Shown here one piece after another: positions 8,245-17,343 of a DNA stretch of 64,000 nucleotides. Each line of letters opens with the position of its first letter. Within the stretch, counting starts at the first letter, position 1. The DNA comes from a virus. Lineage: Duplodnaviria > Caudoviricetes. The stretch is from the IMG/VR virus record IMGVR_UViG_2551306637_000004, positions 1 to 64,000 of that record; one strand, given 5' to 3'. Below the pieces are notes generated by a model. It saw only the letters and a program-made list of their open reading frames with translations. It searched no databases and was not told the origin of the DNA. Made by a program: the position numbers and the translations under genes.

Positions 8245-9593
8245 GGCGTTTCCGTTTTGATCTGAATGATTTTGCGGGTGGTGGTCCGCTTGTTGGCCAG
8301 AGGTCCGAAGACGATCTGGCGATGCTCAGGCAGCGTGCCGGTCAACGGCTCGATACGCTGAAGGGTGCAGCCAGTCAGCTCATAGAGCGCCGTGGCAAGG
8401 AATACGACGTTGTCGCTGTATGCACTCTCGCAGGTGACATCCCACAAGTCTCCTTCGAGAAACATGCAGCTGCCCTTGCAGAGCTGAAGTACGGGGCACG
8501 CGTTGCAGTGCTCTCGCGTCGACCAGTGGCGCGAGGACTTGAGCTGAACTGCGTTCATGTCTTGCACGTTGCCGGCGAGATGGGGCTGGCCGTTCGGCGC
8601 TACCGCTACTGCCGACACGTTCTGACACGTCAGCACGTTGCCTTTCAGATCCATCGTCAGCGTGTCAGCGCGGTCGCTGCCGCACTTCTGACCGAGCGTG
8701 CGTGCTTCACGCCGAGTGACCACGGACTCGCCGAAGTCCACGATCTTCTGCGTGACGCTGTCGAAGTTGAGCGCATTGCCGCCCTTCAGCTCGTCGAAGG
8801 CGCGAGCGCGGTAGCGGACGTGCTCGTGCGCGTCGTGAAACGACATCGAGCGGCCACCTTCGTCGTACGCGTCGACGAACATGCCTTCGCCGATCGGCAC
8901 GTCGGTGTCGCCCGTCAGCTTGACGAAGTAGTCGCGCACCGCGCGCCGCGACGTGCTGTCCTTATGCAGCATCGCGTTGAAAGAGATCCGGTTCAGTGGA
9001 CGCAGGCGCTGGTACAGCATGAGGATCGCCTCGCGCGTCAAGGGGTTATCGAGGGGGTCTTGACCCCGTGCCTTCTGCCCTGGTCCGTCGTGCGAGATGC
9101 CGATCGTGAACCCCATCGAAATGAGCCATCCGGCCTTCATGTGATCGATCAGGGAGCCGTTCGTGATCATCCGAAGGGTGATGCCGGGGTAACGCATCCG
9201 CAGCCTCTCAGCGAGCGGTTTGAGCGTCTTCCAGTACACCATCGGCTCGCCACCCCAAAACTCGACCGTCGCGTCCTCGGTGAGATAGCAGTTCGCCATG
9301 AGGCGGGACATGAACACGTCGACGTCGCCGGGGTTGGTCTGGTCCGAGTGCGGTACGAATCGTTGTGAGCAGTAGTCGCAGCTGTAGTTGCACGAGAGGC
9401 CCAGCTGGACCTTCAGCGTGCGAATGACGCGGTCTTTGTGGCCGGGGTGCGCGGCCGGCGCGCGTGGCTCGCTCGGACGTTCGGTCACCACGTCGAGTCC
9501 GCGGTGGTCGGTGAGGGTGCTGCGCTGGTTGTTGTAGAAAAAGTCGCGGCCGACGCCAGAGGCGTCGACCGTCTTCAGGCGAAAGGTGGTCAT
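8241..9593 (-). CDS. Radical SAM/SPASM-domain enzyme
   Basis: CNYSCDYC (CxxxCxxC), GGEP, TNGSL, GISHDG; SPASM Cys pattern C..GNVLTC...CNACPVLQLCKGSC..C. Confidence 0.92.
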   Translation of the reverse strand: MTTFRLKTVDASGVGRDFFYNNQRSTLTDHRGLDVVTERPSEPRAPAAHPGHKDRVIRTLKVQLGLSCNYSCDYCSQRFVPHSDQTNPGDVDVFMSRLMANCYLTEDATVEFWGGEPMVYWKTLKPLAERLRMRYPGITLRMITNGSLIDHMKAGWLISMGFTIGISHDGPGQKARGQDPLDNPLTREAILMLYQRLRPLNRISFNAMLHKDSTSRRAVRDYFVKLTGDTDVPIGEGMFVDAYDEGGRSMSFHDAHEHVRYRARAFDELKGGNALNFDSVTQKIVDFGESVVTRREARTLGQKCGSDRADTLTMDLKGNVLTCQNVSAVAVAPNGQPHLAGNVQDMNAVQLKSSRHWSTREHCNACPVLQLCKGSCMFLEGDLWDVTCESAYSDNVVFLATALYELTGCTLQRIEPLTGTLPEHRQIVFGPLANKRTTTRKIIQIKTETP

Positions 9594-10300
9594 CTGGTGG
9601 CTAGATACGTCGCCTGAAGCGCGCGGAGCGCCGTCTTGAAGGCGACCATGTCGTTGAAGGCGAGGTCCCCATCCTTCATTTTCAGCACACCAGCGTCAAG
9701 GAGTTTCTGACGTTTATCAGATGGAAACGCGCCCGCCGGCAGGATGGCGAACAGCAACTCCGTGAGCAGGTCTACCTGTGCTTCGAGCGCGGCGAGTGCG
9801 TCATTTGTCTTGATGTCCTTCAGCAGCTTGTGCTTCGCATGCCAGCGGTCGATAACGGGCGCAATCGATGGCATGAGCCGCTTTAGGACCATGTCGCCGC
9901 TTTCATCCGACGTGTCCACGGTTGGGGTTGAGTTGGTCGGCTCGACGGTGTGGCAGAAAAAGACCGCCGTGTAGGCGCTCATCGCTTCGTTGATACCGAC
10001 AAGAACGAGCGGCATGAATGAATCGATGTTCTTTCGAAGAAGAGCTGACGACAAGCTGTCTTTCGACTCGTGGATGTCGCTACCCCACACGACTACGTAC
10101 TGCCCGTTGCGGGCACGCACTAGATGCAGGACGTCATTGCCGTGCTCCACCTTATTCAAGTCGAACTGCCAGTAAAGGCCCAGGTCTGTCGACTGCATAG
10201 AGAAGCCGGTAGGTGTCGGGATAACAGTGACGATGCCGTACGCTTGGGCGCGCTGCTCATCCGTCAGATCGTCGGGGATGAGTACCTTATGCACCAACAT
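9590..10300 (-). CDS. Hypothetical protein coupled to the tail fibre and radical SAM genes
   Basis: ATG at 10300 after AAAGGA, overlaps the fibre stop; its stop overlaps the rSAM ATG. Confidence 0.75.
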   Translation of the reverse strand: MLVHKVLIPDDLTDEQRAQAYGIVTVIPTPTGFSMQSTDLGLYWQFDLNKVEHGNDVLHLVRARNGQYVVVWGSDIHESKDSLSSALLRKNIDSFMPLVLVGINEAMSAYTAVFFCHTVEPTNSTPTVDTSDESGDMVLKRLMPSIAPVIDRWHAKHKLLKDIKTNDALAALEAQVDLLTELLFAILPAGAFPSDKRQKLLDAGVLKMKDGDLAFNDMVAFKTALRALQATYLATR

Positions 10301-11780
10301 GGCCGAGTCCTTTCCATTCGAAGGTGTTGTAATCGAAGTCATACCCATTTGCACCGGCCGAGACAACGTAACCTTCGGCGATGATCATGTGGCATCCGCC
10401 TACGATCGGCAGGTAGACCTTCGTGTTGGGGTTCATGTCGTGTTTCACCACGCGCTTGCGTTGCCAGCCGTTGATGTGGGCGAACTCGTCCCAGCGGTCG
10501 TCCAGAACACGAACATCATCATTGTTCGGCAGACCTTTCACTACACCCAGCTCAACGCCCCGCAACCAGGACTGCTTGTCTACCACGCCGAACGCCTGCA
10601 CGCCGTCGCGACGCGTCCAGAACGCGTGATCGTCGGTCCAGAAGAATGAACGATCTTCGAACGAGACCATTTTCCGGTCACCCAGCAGTGGGGTCTCGAC
10701 GTCGAGCACGGCTTCCGGCCCAAGCGGCGTCATGACGATGTCGCCAACTTGGATCTGTTCGACGTACTTCCAGCTGCCGTCAGCCATCATGATTCGAGTG
10801 CCGGCCGGGAAGCATGTGCACGCGCAGTTGCAGTTGCAGTTTCCCCACATGCGCACGAGCTGAACCTGACTGCCGGACCGTTTCAGGTAGAAGGCCGCTG
10901 GCGCAATGACGCCGTTACCGGGGGCACCCCACCACGGGAGATTCGGCTGCGTCGGATGCCAGCCGTCGCCGCTGTCTAGTGTGCCGACCGAGTTAAGGCG
11001 GTCTTCTGCGCCCTTGCCGGCGAAACAGTTCTCCAGCCAACCATAACGCGACGTCCAGATTCCGCCCGTGCCCTGTTCGAGCGTGTGCGTATCAGTCGCG
11101 AATCCCTTGCCGCCGTAGACCTTGACGTAACCCGAGTCGTTCATATAGATGCCGCCGCCATAGGTTTGGTTGTACCAGCCGACCTGACCGTTCGAACGGA
11201 ACCAGCCGTTGTTGTACAGCTCGGCCACCGTGTCGCCGTTGCGGCCGAGTTTGGCGTTGTTCAGCGAGTTGTAGAGGTAGTCGGCGTAGTTTTTCGTCGC
11301 GGCGTGGTAGGGCTGCGACGGGTCGCCCGAGAGCGTGAGCGGGCCGTTCATCTGGTCGCCAGAGCGCAACACGCGGTTGTTCGCCGCGGTGGTTGCAGCC
11401 TGCGCCTGAGCATCAACGTACCGCTTCGGTGCGGCGTGCAGGGCTTGAGACGGGTCTCCCGAGAGCGTGAGCGGGCCGGTCATGTTGTCGCCGCTTTTGA
11501 GGACGCGGCTGTTTGCTGACGCCGCAACCTGATCGAGATTGTCCTGGTATGCGATCGAGCGGTTGTAGTCGATTTCGACCACCCATGTGACCGGCGTCAG
11601 GCTCGCAAGCCGGAAGAGCTTGTTCTGCGACGTGCTGAGGTACGGCATGCCGATCTGGAGGCCAGTGATCGGAAAGGAATCGCCAGAGTTGCGCGAGATC
11701 GCCGTGAGGTCGTTGTTGAGCAGCGGAGCGAGCGAGTCGGAGACCCGCTGACTGTCCGGAATCTGTGTGTAGTTCTGCAT
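10287..11780 (-). CDS. Tail fibre with tail repeats, shufflon-N-like segment, Cys-rich motif and C-terminal Hint domain
   Basis: Two SGDxMxGPLTLSGDPSQxxHAAxKxYxD repeats; WFRSNGQVGWYNQTYGGGIYM; WGNCNCNCACT|CFPAGTRIMMADG, TDDH, VYLPIVGGCHMIIAEGYVVS. Confidence 0.8.
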   Translation of the reverse strand: MQNYTQIPDSQRVSDSLAPLLNNDLTAISRNSGDSFPITGLQIGMPYLSTSQNKLFRLASLTPVTWVVEIDYNRSIAYQDNLDQVAASANSRVLKSGDNMTGPLTLSGDPSQALHAAPKRYVDAQAQAATTAANNRVLRSGDQMNGPLTLSGDPSQPYHAATKNYADYLYNSLNNAKLGRNGDTVAELYNNGWFRSNGQVGWYNQTYGGGIYMNDSGYVKVYGGKGFATDTHTLEQGTGGIWTSRYGWLENCFAGKGAEDRLNSVGTLDSGDGWHPTQPNLPWWGAPGNGVIAPAAFYLKRSGSQVQLVRMWGNCNCNCACTCFPAGTRIMMADGSWKYVEQIQVGDIVMTPLGPEAVLDVETPLLGDRKMVSFEDRSFFWTDDHAFWTRRDGVQAFGVVDKQSWLRGVELGVVKGLPNNDDVRVLDDRWDEFAHINGWQRKRVVKHDMNPNTKVYLPIVGGCHMIIAEGYVVSAGANGYDFDYNTFEWKGLGHVGA

Positions 11781-11812
11781 CGTGGTGGTGTCCGTTAGCA
11801 AGACGAATTTTA

Positions 11813-11834
11813 CGAGCGCTGGCCAGAGCGCCCA
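11813..11834 (-). promoter_or_regulatory. Hairpin with CUGGCC loop upstream of the tail fibre
   Basis: UGGGCGCU-CUGGCC-AGCGCUCG, then GCUAAC..CACCACCAC-G-AUG. Confidence 0.4.
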
Positions 11835-11841
11835 AGGGATT

Positions 11842-12303
11842 TCAGTATGCGTGAGCGGCCCATGTCAAAGCGCCGTCGATCTTCGCCTTATCGGAGACCC
11901 TTTCAAGGAAGCAGTCGAAATACGTGCGCGTGACCGAGCCGGCGACAAGTTTAGCGGTGCATGGGTCGCTCGCGCTTTGCACGGTCAGGGTCACCTTTGG
12001 CGCGACGTGGAATGGACGCGTGAAGAAGATTCGCGTCGGTGTCGTTCCGTCGATGATGTTGTCGCCGCTGTCGAACATATCGGGAACGTCGACGACGACG
12101 CTCAATTTGTTGATCACCCCACGGTCGCCGGAAGTCGAGTTCATCGAGATGCGGAAGAGCGCGGTCTGATACTCGTAGTCGCCCTGCACGAACGGTTGAA
12201 ATGGGGCGTAGCCGGTCGGGCTGTCCGACGTGAGCAGCGCGACGAAACCGTCGTCGTCGAGCACCCTCTTCGAGACAGTGATATCGGAAATTACGTGTGC
12301 CAT
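11842..12303 (-). CDS. Tail tip accessory protein (gpJ C-terminal-like)
   Basis: Start 1 nt after the gpJ-like stop; IFFTRPFHVAPKVTLT beta-rich fold. Confidence 0.55.
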   Translation of the reverse strand: MAHVISDITVSKRVLDDDGFVALLTSDSPTGYAPFQPFVQGDYEYQTALFRISMNSTSGDRGVINKLSVVVDVPDMFDSGDNIIDGTTPTRIFFTRPFHVAPKVTLTVQSASDPCTAKLVAGSVTRTYFDCFLERVSDKAKIDGALTWAAHAY

Positions 12304-12304
12304 A

Positions 12305-15300
12305 TCAGTACAAACTGTAGTTGATGGTTTGGCCGATACCTTGGACGTCGAGGGTCCCACGGAATACCGATCCGCCCTCCCGGCCGACGTACAACGTGCG
12401 CTTGTTCGTATCCTGTGAAATAGCGACGAAGTAGCGTTCACCGACTTCAAGATCGATCGGGACGGAGATCTTTTTACCGTTGTTATCGATCGCATAGACA
12501 CTCATCGTGGACGCTTGATAGCCGATCGTGATTTGCGCACCGTTCCGTCCGCAGAAGCTGGACCATGTGTCGTCGTCGTCGTCGTACGGAATGACCCAAA
12601 AGCTAGTTGAGAACACGTTCGGGATATTGACGTCGAACGTCACGCGAGTCGGCACCGGTTGGAGCGGCGCAGTTTGTACGAAAAGGCCCGAGCCATACTT
12701 CCCAGCGCGGTAGCTAACCGTCTGCTGCTCGGTGACCGATCCGTCCTCGCCGGGGCCGGAGAATCCGAGCGTATTGTCGAGCTTGATCGCATAAAGCACG
12801 TCGGGCGGAAGTGCAGTGAGCGTGGCAATCTCGGCACGGTAGTTGATCGACGAGATGTCACCCGCTGCGGCCCACGGCATCTGCGCTCTCGCGTCGTCCC
12901 ACGGGAAGGTTGCGTCGTTCCACCGCATGGTGAAGTCGACGATCGCGTCGAGACCGATGAAGAGCGTATTCTGCGCACGGAAGCTCGTCGGGAGCGACAC
13001 GCTGAAGATGTACTCTGCCTTCGCCTTCCCATCGTCCATCCGCAAAGAATTGCCGTAGACGACCATGTTGTACCGCATGCCGGTGAAGCCTTTCGACAGT
13101 TCGTCCGACTCGTACACGATGTTTGTGTTTTCGAGTTGAGCGACGTCGGTAGTAACGAAGGTCGCCTTGTCCGAGTAGATGCCCGGTGCGGCGATTGCTT
13201 TCAGCCAAAACTTGCGTGTACCACCTGCGCCGGCCGTAAGACCGAAGCTTGTAGATTTCGTCTTCGCAACGAACACGGCCGTCGCCCAAGTGTCACCTTC
13301 ACGGATCTCGTAGTCGAGGATGTTGTCTTCCGGGTTCGGCTTCCAGCTCATCTCGATCCGGTTCGACGACTGAACAGCGATGACGCCACGTACCGAGGAC
13401 GGGCCATACAGTGCGATCGTCTGGATCGTCGGAATCGGCGAGAAGTTTTGGCTCGTGTCGATCGCGCGGATCATGAACGAGTATGCTCCCCCAGTGTCCG
13501 TCGTCCATGCGAACTGCGTTGCTGCATAGTCAGTCACGAGAACCGTTCCAGTCTCCCACGACGTGCCGAGGCGGATCTCGTAACCGGCGCGGTCGAGGTC
13601 AGGGATCGGGTCCCACTTCAGCAAGATGTCGTTCTGACGGCGGATGACGTTAAAGTTCGTCACGTTGCTCGGCGGGTCATCCTTGCCGACGCATCTGTAG
13701 TTCCATGCAGAAAGCTGCGAACTGCGGTAGTCGAACGTGCTGATTGCCCACACCGTGATGTCGTAATCGACGCCGCTCTTACAAGGACCAAGGAACAGGC
13801 TTTCACCCGTAGTGCTCGCGGTGAGCCACGTTGACTGTGAGCTTTCCTTCCACTGCACGTCGTAGCGCTTGACGATCGCGTTTGCAGGCGGGTCCCAAGA
13901 CACGAGGATGCGCGCCTGAATCGACCCGTCCTGACCGATGATCAGTTGTTCCGTCCCGGACGCCATGACCATATTCGTCGGCGGGGGAGGGATCAGCGGG
14001 TTTTTGAACGAGTATTGCTTGCTGCCGATCGGTACGCAGTTGTCCGCTGCGGCCTGCTTGTTGACGTTGACTTCGACAGCCGTAACCTTGTAGGTGTCGG
14101 GTTGATTGTCAACTGGCTCGATCGCGATCGTGCGGAAGGGCTTCGCAATCCCGAATCCACCGTTGTCCTCGATTGTGAAGACCGTGCGATCCGGAATGTT
14201 CGGCGGAATGACGCCACTCACGATCGTCAGCTCGGTTGCGGCACCGGTCTTGCCAGGGTTCACGACTAGGTTCCACAACCCATCGACGGACTGAAGTCGC
14301 AGGTTGTAGTTTTGGTTGATCGTGAAGTAGACCGGGTCTCGCAGATAGATCTTGTTGTTGAAGATGGACTTGATACGACCACCGGACGACCAGCCAGTGA
14401 TCGGGTCGGCGACGTAGATCGGCTTGTACGGGTCGATAACGCGGCCGAGGCGCGCAGTCATGAACGACACCGTCGCGCACTCAGTGGTCGACGTAATCAG
14501 CTGATAGGTGGCACGACGAACAGCTTCGTGCTCGTTCGTGCAGCCGATCGCCTGAAACTGATACGGAATGCTGCCGTTGAGAGCGATGTGCTCTTCGTAC
14601 GGAACACGCCGATGGTCGACATTCCAGTCGATGTCAGGATTGACGAACTGAACCTCGTAGTCGTTGTAGCGCGTCGACATGTCCGTGAACGTGTAGCTGA
14701 AGCCTTCGGGAGTCACGTTCTCGGGCGTGAACATCAAGGTAGGTTCTTCCCATTTGTCGACACGCAGGTGAACCATGCCTGTAGCGTCGTCGAAGATAAC
14801 CGCACCAAAGCTGCCGGCGACATATCTCAACATGTCGAGGCCGGTCTGTTGGTCGGTCAGGGCGAGGTTGAACGTGTAGCGCGGTTGCCAACCACCTCGG
14901 CCGTCAGGGACCATCTCGTCACACCACCGCCCCGCATCGTAGAAGTCGAAGCGGTTGCAGCTGATCCACGGGTAATATTTCGCGAGGCCCCATGTGGGGT
15001 TCATGATGAGGTTGTACAGAATCCACGCCGGGTTGTTCGTCCATGCGAGCTTGAACGTCCCGTTCCACGGGCCGCTCGCGTCGTACGAGTGCATGTCGCC
15101 GTTGTAGTTCGTCGGAACAAGGATCTCCAGCCCGTCGTAGATGCCAGCGAAGTCCGGGATCGAGCTGAACTGGCTCGTAGCCTTGGCGACCAGATGGAGG
15201 AGCGCGACTTGGTTGTACGAGCGGTTTCCCTTCGTGACCATCTGGAAGCTTTCCCAGGTGAGGTCACAAAATTCCGTCGTACTGGAGTCCGGGTTCTCCT

Positions 15301-15910
15301 TCAGTACCCGGATCACCCAGTTGTCATTGATGCGAGGCACGTCCCACGAATAGTCGACCATGTAGCCGCTACTGGTCTTACCAGTCACCTTGATCAATCC
15401 GCCTTGAACCTCTGACCACGCGGCGTAGCTGGATGCTGGACGATACTGGATTCGGAAGCGCGCCGTGTTGTTGAAGGAGCCGTCGTTGTTCTGGACGTAG
15501 AGGACATTGAACTGCATCCGTACTTGCAGTTGGTCGATCACTCCCTTCAATGACTGGTCGGTCTGGCGGTTGACCCACGTCCCTTGAAATAGACGTGTGC
15601 CTACCTGGGTGTTCGAGCTTTCGCCTCCCAGGACGTAGTTGACCGGAGAGTCGTGCGCGGTGCCGAGCTTTACGCCGAGGTTGAACGAACTGAAGTTCAG
15701 CGATCCGTCTTGCGACATGAGCGGCGTCCCGCCCACAAAGAAGGTCTTCATGCCGTCGACCAGTCCTCGAATCGGGCCTTGAGAAAGACCAAGGACGATC
15801 TCGACGACGTCTCGGGAAAACAGGTTGTCGTCCGTTCGCGTGGGCGAGCTGGAGCCACCGCCGCTCGCGCCACGGATGCTCTGGATAGGGCGTTCTTCTT
15901 CGACAATCAT
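12305..15910 (-). CDS. Central tail fibre / host specificity protein (lambda gpJ-like)
   Basis: 1201 aa; LSQGPIRGL, WTNNPAWILY, GGWQPRYTFN, GCTNEHEAVRRA, FN3-like repeats. Confidence 0.9.
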   Translation of the reverse strand: MIVEEERPIQSIRGASGGGSSSPTRTDDNLFSRDVVEIVLGLSQGPIRGLVDGMKTFFVGGTPLMSQDGSLNFSSFNLGVKLGTAHDSPVNYVLGGESSNTQVGTRLFQGTWVNRQTDQSLKGVIDQLQVRMQFNVLYVQNNDGSFNNTARFRIQYRPASSYAAWSEVQGGLIKVTGKTSSGYMVDYSWDVPRINDNWVIRVLKENPDSSTTEFCDLTWESFQMVTKGNRSYNQVALLHLVAKATSQFSSIPDFAGIYDGLEILVPTNYNGDMHSYDASGPWNGTFKLAWTNNPAWILYNLIMNPTWGLAKYYPWISCNRFDFYDAGRWCDEMVPDGRGGWQPRYTFNLALTDQQTGLDMLRYVAGSFGAVIFDDATGMVHLRVDKWEEPTLMFTPENVTPEGFSYTFTDMSTRYNDYEVQFVNPDIDWNVDHRRVPYEEHIALNGSIPYQFQAIGCTNEHEAVRRATYQLITSTTECATVSFMTARLGRVIDPYKPIYVADPITGWSSGGRIKSIFNNKIYLRDPVYFTINQNYNLRLQSVDGLWNLVVNPGKTGAATELTIVSGVIPPNIPDRTVFTIEDNGGFGIAKPFRTIAIEPVDNQPDTYKVTAVEVNVNKQAAADNCVPIGSKQYSFKNPLIPPPPTNMVMASGTEQLIIGQDGSIQARILVSWDPPANAIVKRYDVQWKESSQSTWLTASTTGESLFLGPCKSGVDYDITVWAISTFDYRSSQLSAWNYRCVGKDDPPSNVTNFNVIRRQNDILLKWDPIPDLDRAGYEIRLGTSWETGTVLVTDYAATQFAWTTDTGGAYSFMIRAIDTSQNFSPIPTIQTIALYGPSSVRGVIAVQSSNRIEMSWKPNPEDNILDYEIREGDTWATAVFVAKTKSTSFGLTAGAGGTRKFWLKAIAAPGIYSDKATFVTTDVAQLENTNIVYESDELSKGFTGMRYNMVVYGNSLRMDDGKAKAEYIFSVSLPTSFRAQNTLFIGLDAIVDFTMRWNDATFPWDDARAQMPWAAAGDISSINYRAEIATLTALPPDVLYAIKLDNTLGFSGPGEDGSVTEQQTVSYRAGKYGSGLFVQTAPLQPVPTRVTFDVNIPNVFSTSFWVIPYDDDDDTWSSFCGRNGAQITIGYQASTMSVYAIDNNGKKISVPIDLEVGERYFVAISQDTNKRTLYVGREGGSVFRGTLDVQGIGQTINYSLY

Positions 15911-15922
15911 CGTTTGGTTTTG

Positions 15923-16552
15923 TTATGCGAGCACGCAGTGGAGTGCTTGGCCGTCCCCGTTCTGGTTGCAGTAGCCACCAAGGACCATGTTGGAATCGTC
16001 GTACCGCTTGGCGTCGACGTTGAATGACAGGTAGTGCCCGAAATGTTTCACTCGGCCGAACAGGAGCGGTAGTCGAGTGCCGATCTTCACGGTGTTCTGG
16101 CTGGCGGGGATGATTAAGCTAGAGTTCGTCGCTGAACCCGTGCCGAGCTTAGGTTGTGGGGCGAGCATGGAAATGATCCCGCCGAGCATCATCATCGCGC
16201 CCCCCATCATCATGCCGATGCCGATCTGAGCCATCGTGCCACCAGCCGGGCCGGTCCACCAGAGGACCGCGCCGACCACGACCATGACGGCCCCAATCAG
16301 GATCTGTAGGAAGCCGCCGTTGCCACCCGCGCCACGCAGGGCGGGGTAGACGTGCAGCTCGGTCTTGTCGGTCTGCACGAACAGCGAGTCACGGCAATCG
16401 AAGCCATCGACGCGCACATCGACAGGGTTCTCGGCGTCAAAGCCGGGGAGCTGCTTCAGCACCGTCAGCGCTTCAGCAGCCGTGGTGGCATGGACTTTAA
16501 TCGGCTCCGGGTTCAGCTCCTTCAGGGAGCCATGCAGAAAGATCGTCTTCAT
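15923..16552 (-). CDS. Tail assembly protein I-like (ubiquitin-like fold)
   Basis: IFLHGSL..., GAGGNGGFLQILIGAV, Gly-rich hydrophobic segment, NTVKIGTRLPLLFG. Confidence 0.8.
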   Translation of the reverse strand: MKTIFLHGSLKELNPEPIKVHATTAAEALTVLKQLPGFDAENPVDVRVDGFDCRDSLFVQTDKTELHVYPALRGAGGNGGFLQILIGAVMVVVGAVLWWTGPAGGTMAQIGIGMMMGGAMMMLGGIISMLAPQPKLGTGSATNSSLIIPASQNTVKIGTRLPLLFGRVKHFGHYLSFNVDAKRYDDSNMVLGGYCNQNGDGQALHCVLA

Positions 16553-16865
16553 CGAGCAAAATCACCGCGTTGTTTCTGACGTAGTAGCACCAGACATCGT
16601 GCTCGCCAATGATGTAGTGGAACCACTTTGGCCACGCCTGAAATGCACGGTAGTCCTCAGCAGATAGGTTCGGCCCCGTGCGCGGATGCGTGTGCCATGT
16701 GGCAGCAATCTGATCCTCGTATTGTCGGATAGACGCGGGGGTAATTTCAAAGCCTATTTCGGGTTGCTCATGGACGTTTTGGCACTCGACGATCGACCCG
16801 TCATTTAGGAGGAAGCCGCACCGTTCGGTCAGGGGAGTCCATAGTTTCAACAAGTCGTCTTTCAT
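16497..16865 (-). CDS. JAB/MPN domain tail tip protein (gpK N-terminal half-like)
   Basis: ERCGFLL...WHTHPRTGPNLSAED JAMM motif. Confidence 0.85.
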   Translation of the reverse strand: MKDDLLKLWTPLTERCGFLLNDGSIVECQNVHEQPEIGFEITPASIRQYEDQIAATWHTHPRTGPNLSAEDYRAFQAWPKWFHYIIGEHDVWCYYVRNNAVILLDEDDLSAWLPEGAEPGAD

Positions 16866-17343
16866 ACTTCTCTCTCAAGTGTGGTGGCAGGAGGGTCATG
16901 AAGTCGACCGACTGCGTTTGTTCCTGATTCTTGGCTGCGATTTCGGGATGCCGGATAACGTCGAGGACGCGGTTCTTCCAACGGTCGTTCAGAGGGTCTG
17001 CTTTCGAGGCCTGGCCATACAGGTGGTGCAACACATACTGGTTGCCGACGTAGACGCCGATGTGGTTCGAGATGCCGGTCCTGCTGGCGACGTGCATCAT
17101 CAACAGATCTCCGATCTGCAAGCGATTCAACTGCGTATTGACGAGTACAAACCCCTCGCGGTTGAAGTAGTCGCCAAGCAGATTGAAGCCGTCGTTTTCC
17201 CACGCGCAGGGTCGAGCGTAGTTCGTCAACTTCATCCCGTAGGTCTTGTCCATCCATTTGCGCACGAGACCGTAGCAATCATCGCGGCCTTCGACGTACG
17301 GGATTCCCTCGAACCCTTCGATGTATTTTTCATAGAGAGACAT
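16801..17343 (-). CDS. NlpC/P60 tail tip protein (gpK C-terminal half-like)
   Basis: GIPYVEGRDDCYGLV, GDLLMM, NHIGVYVG, LHH. Confidence 0.85.
   Translation of the reverse strand: MSLYEKYIEGFEGIPYVEGRDDCYGLVRKWMDKTYGMKLTNYARPCAWENDGFNLLGDYFNREGFVLVNTQLNRLQIGDLLMMHVASRTGISNHIGVYVGNQYVLHHLYGQASKADPLNDRWKNRVLDVIRHPEIAAKNQEQTQSVDFMTLLPPHLREKYERRLVETMDSPDRTVRLPPK

Noticed and set aside
10827-10841. (GTTGCA)n short tandem repeat as a phase-variation site
   Set aside because: Only about 2.5 hexamer units and in-frame; it simply encodes NCNCN.
10287-11780. Shufflon, invertible or DGR-type fibre diversification
   Set aside because: No inverted crossover repeats, recombinase, reverse transcriptase or template repeat seen in the window.
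15923-17343. JAB plus ubiquitin-like genes as a ubiquitin-type conjugation or defence system
   Set aside because: Synteny matches the standard lambda-like gpK/gpI tail tip; no E1 or E2 genes present.
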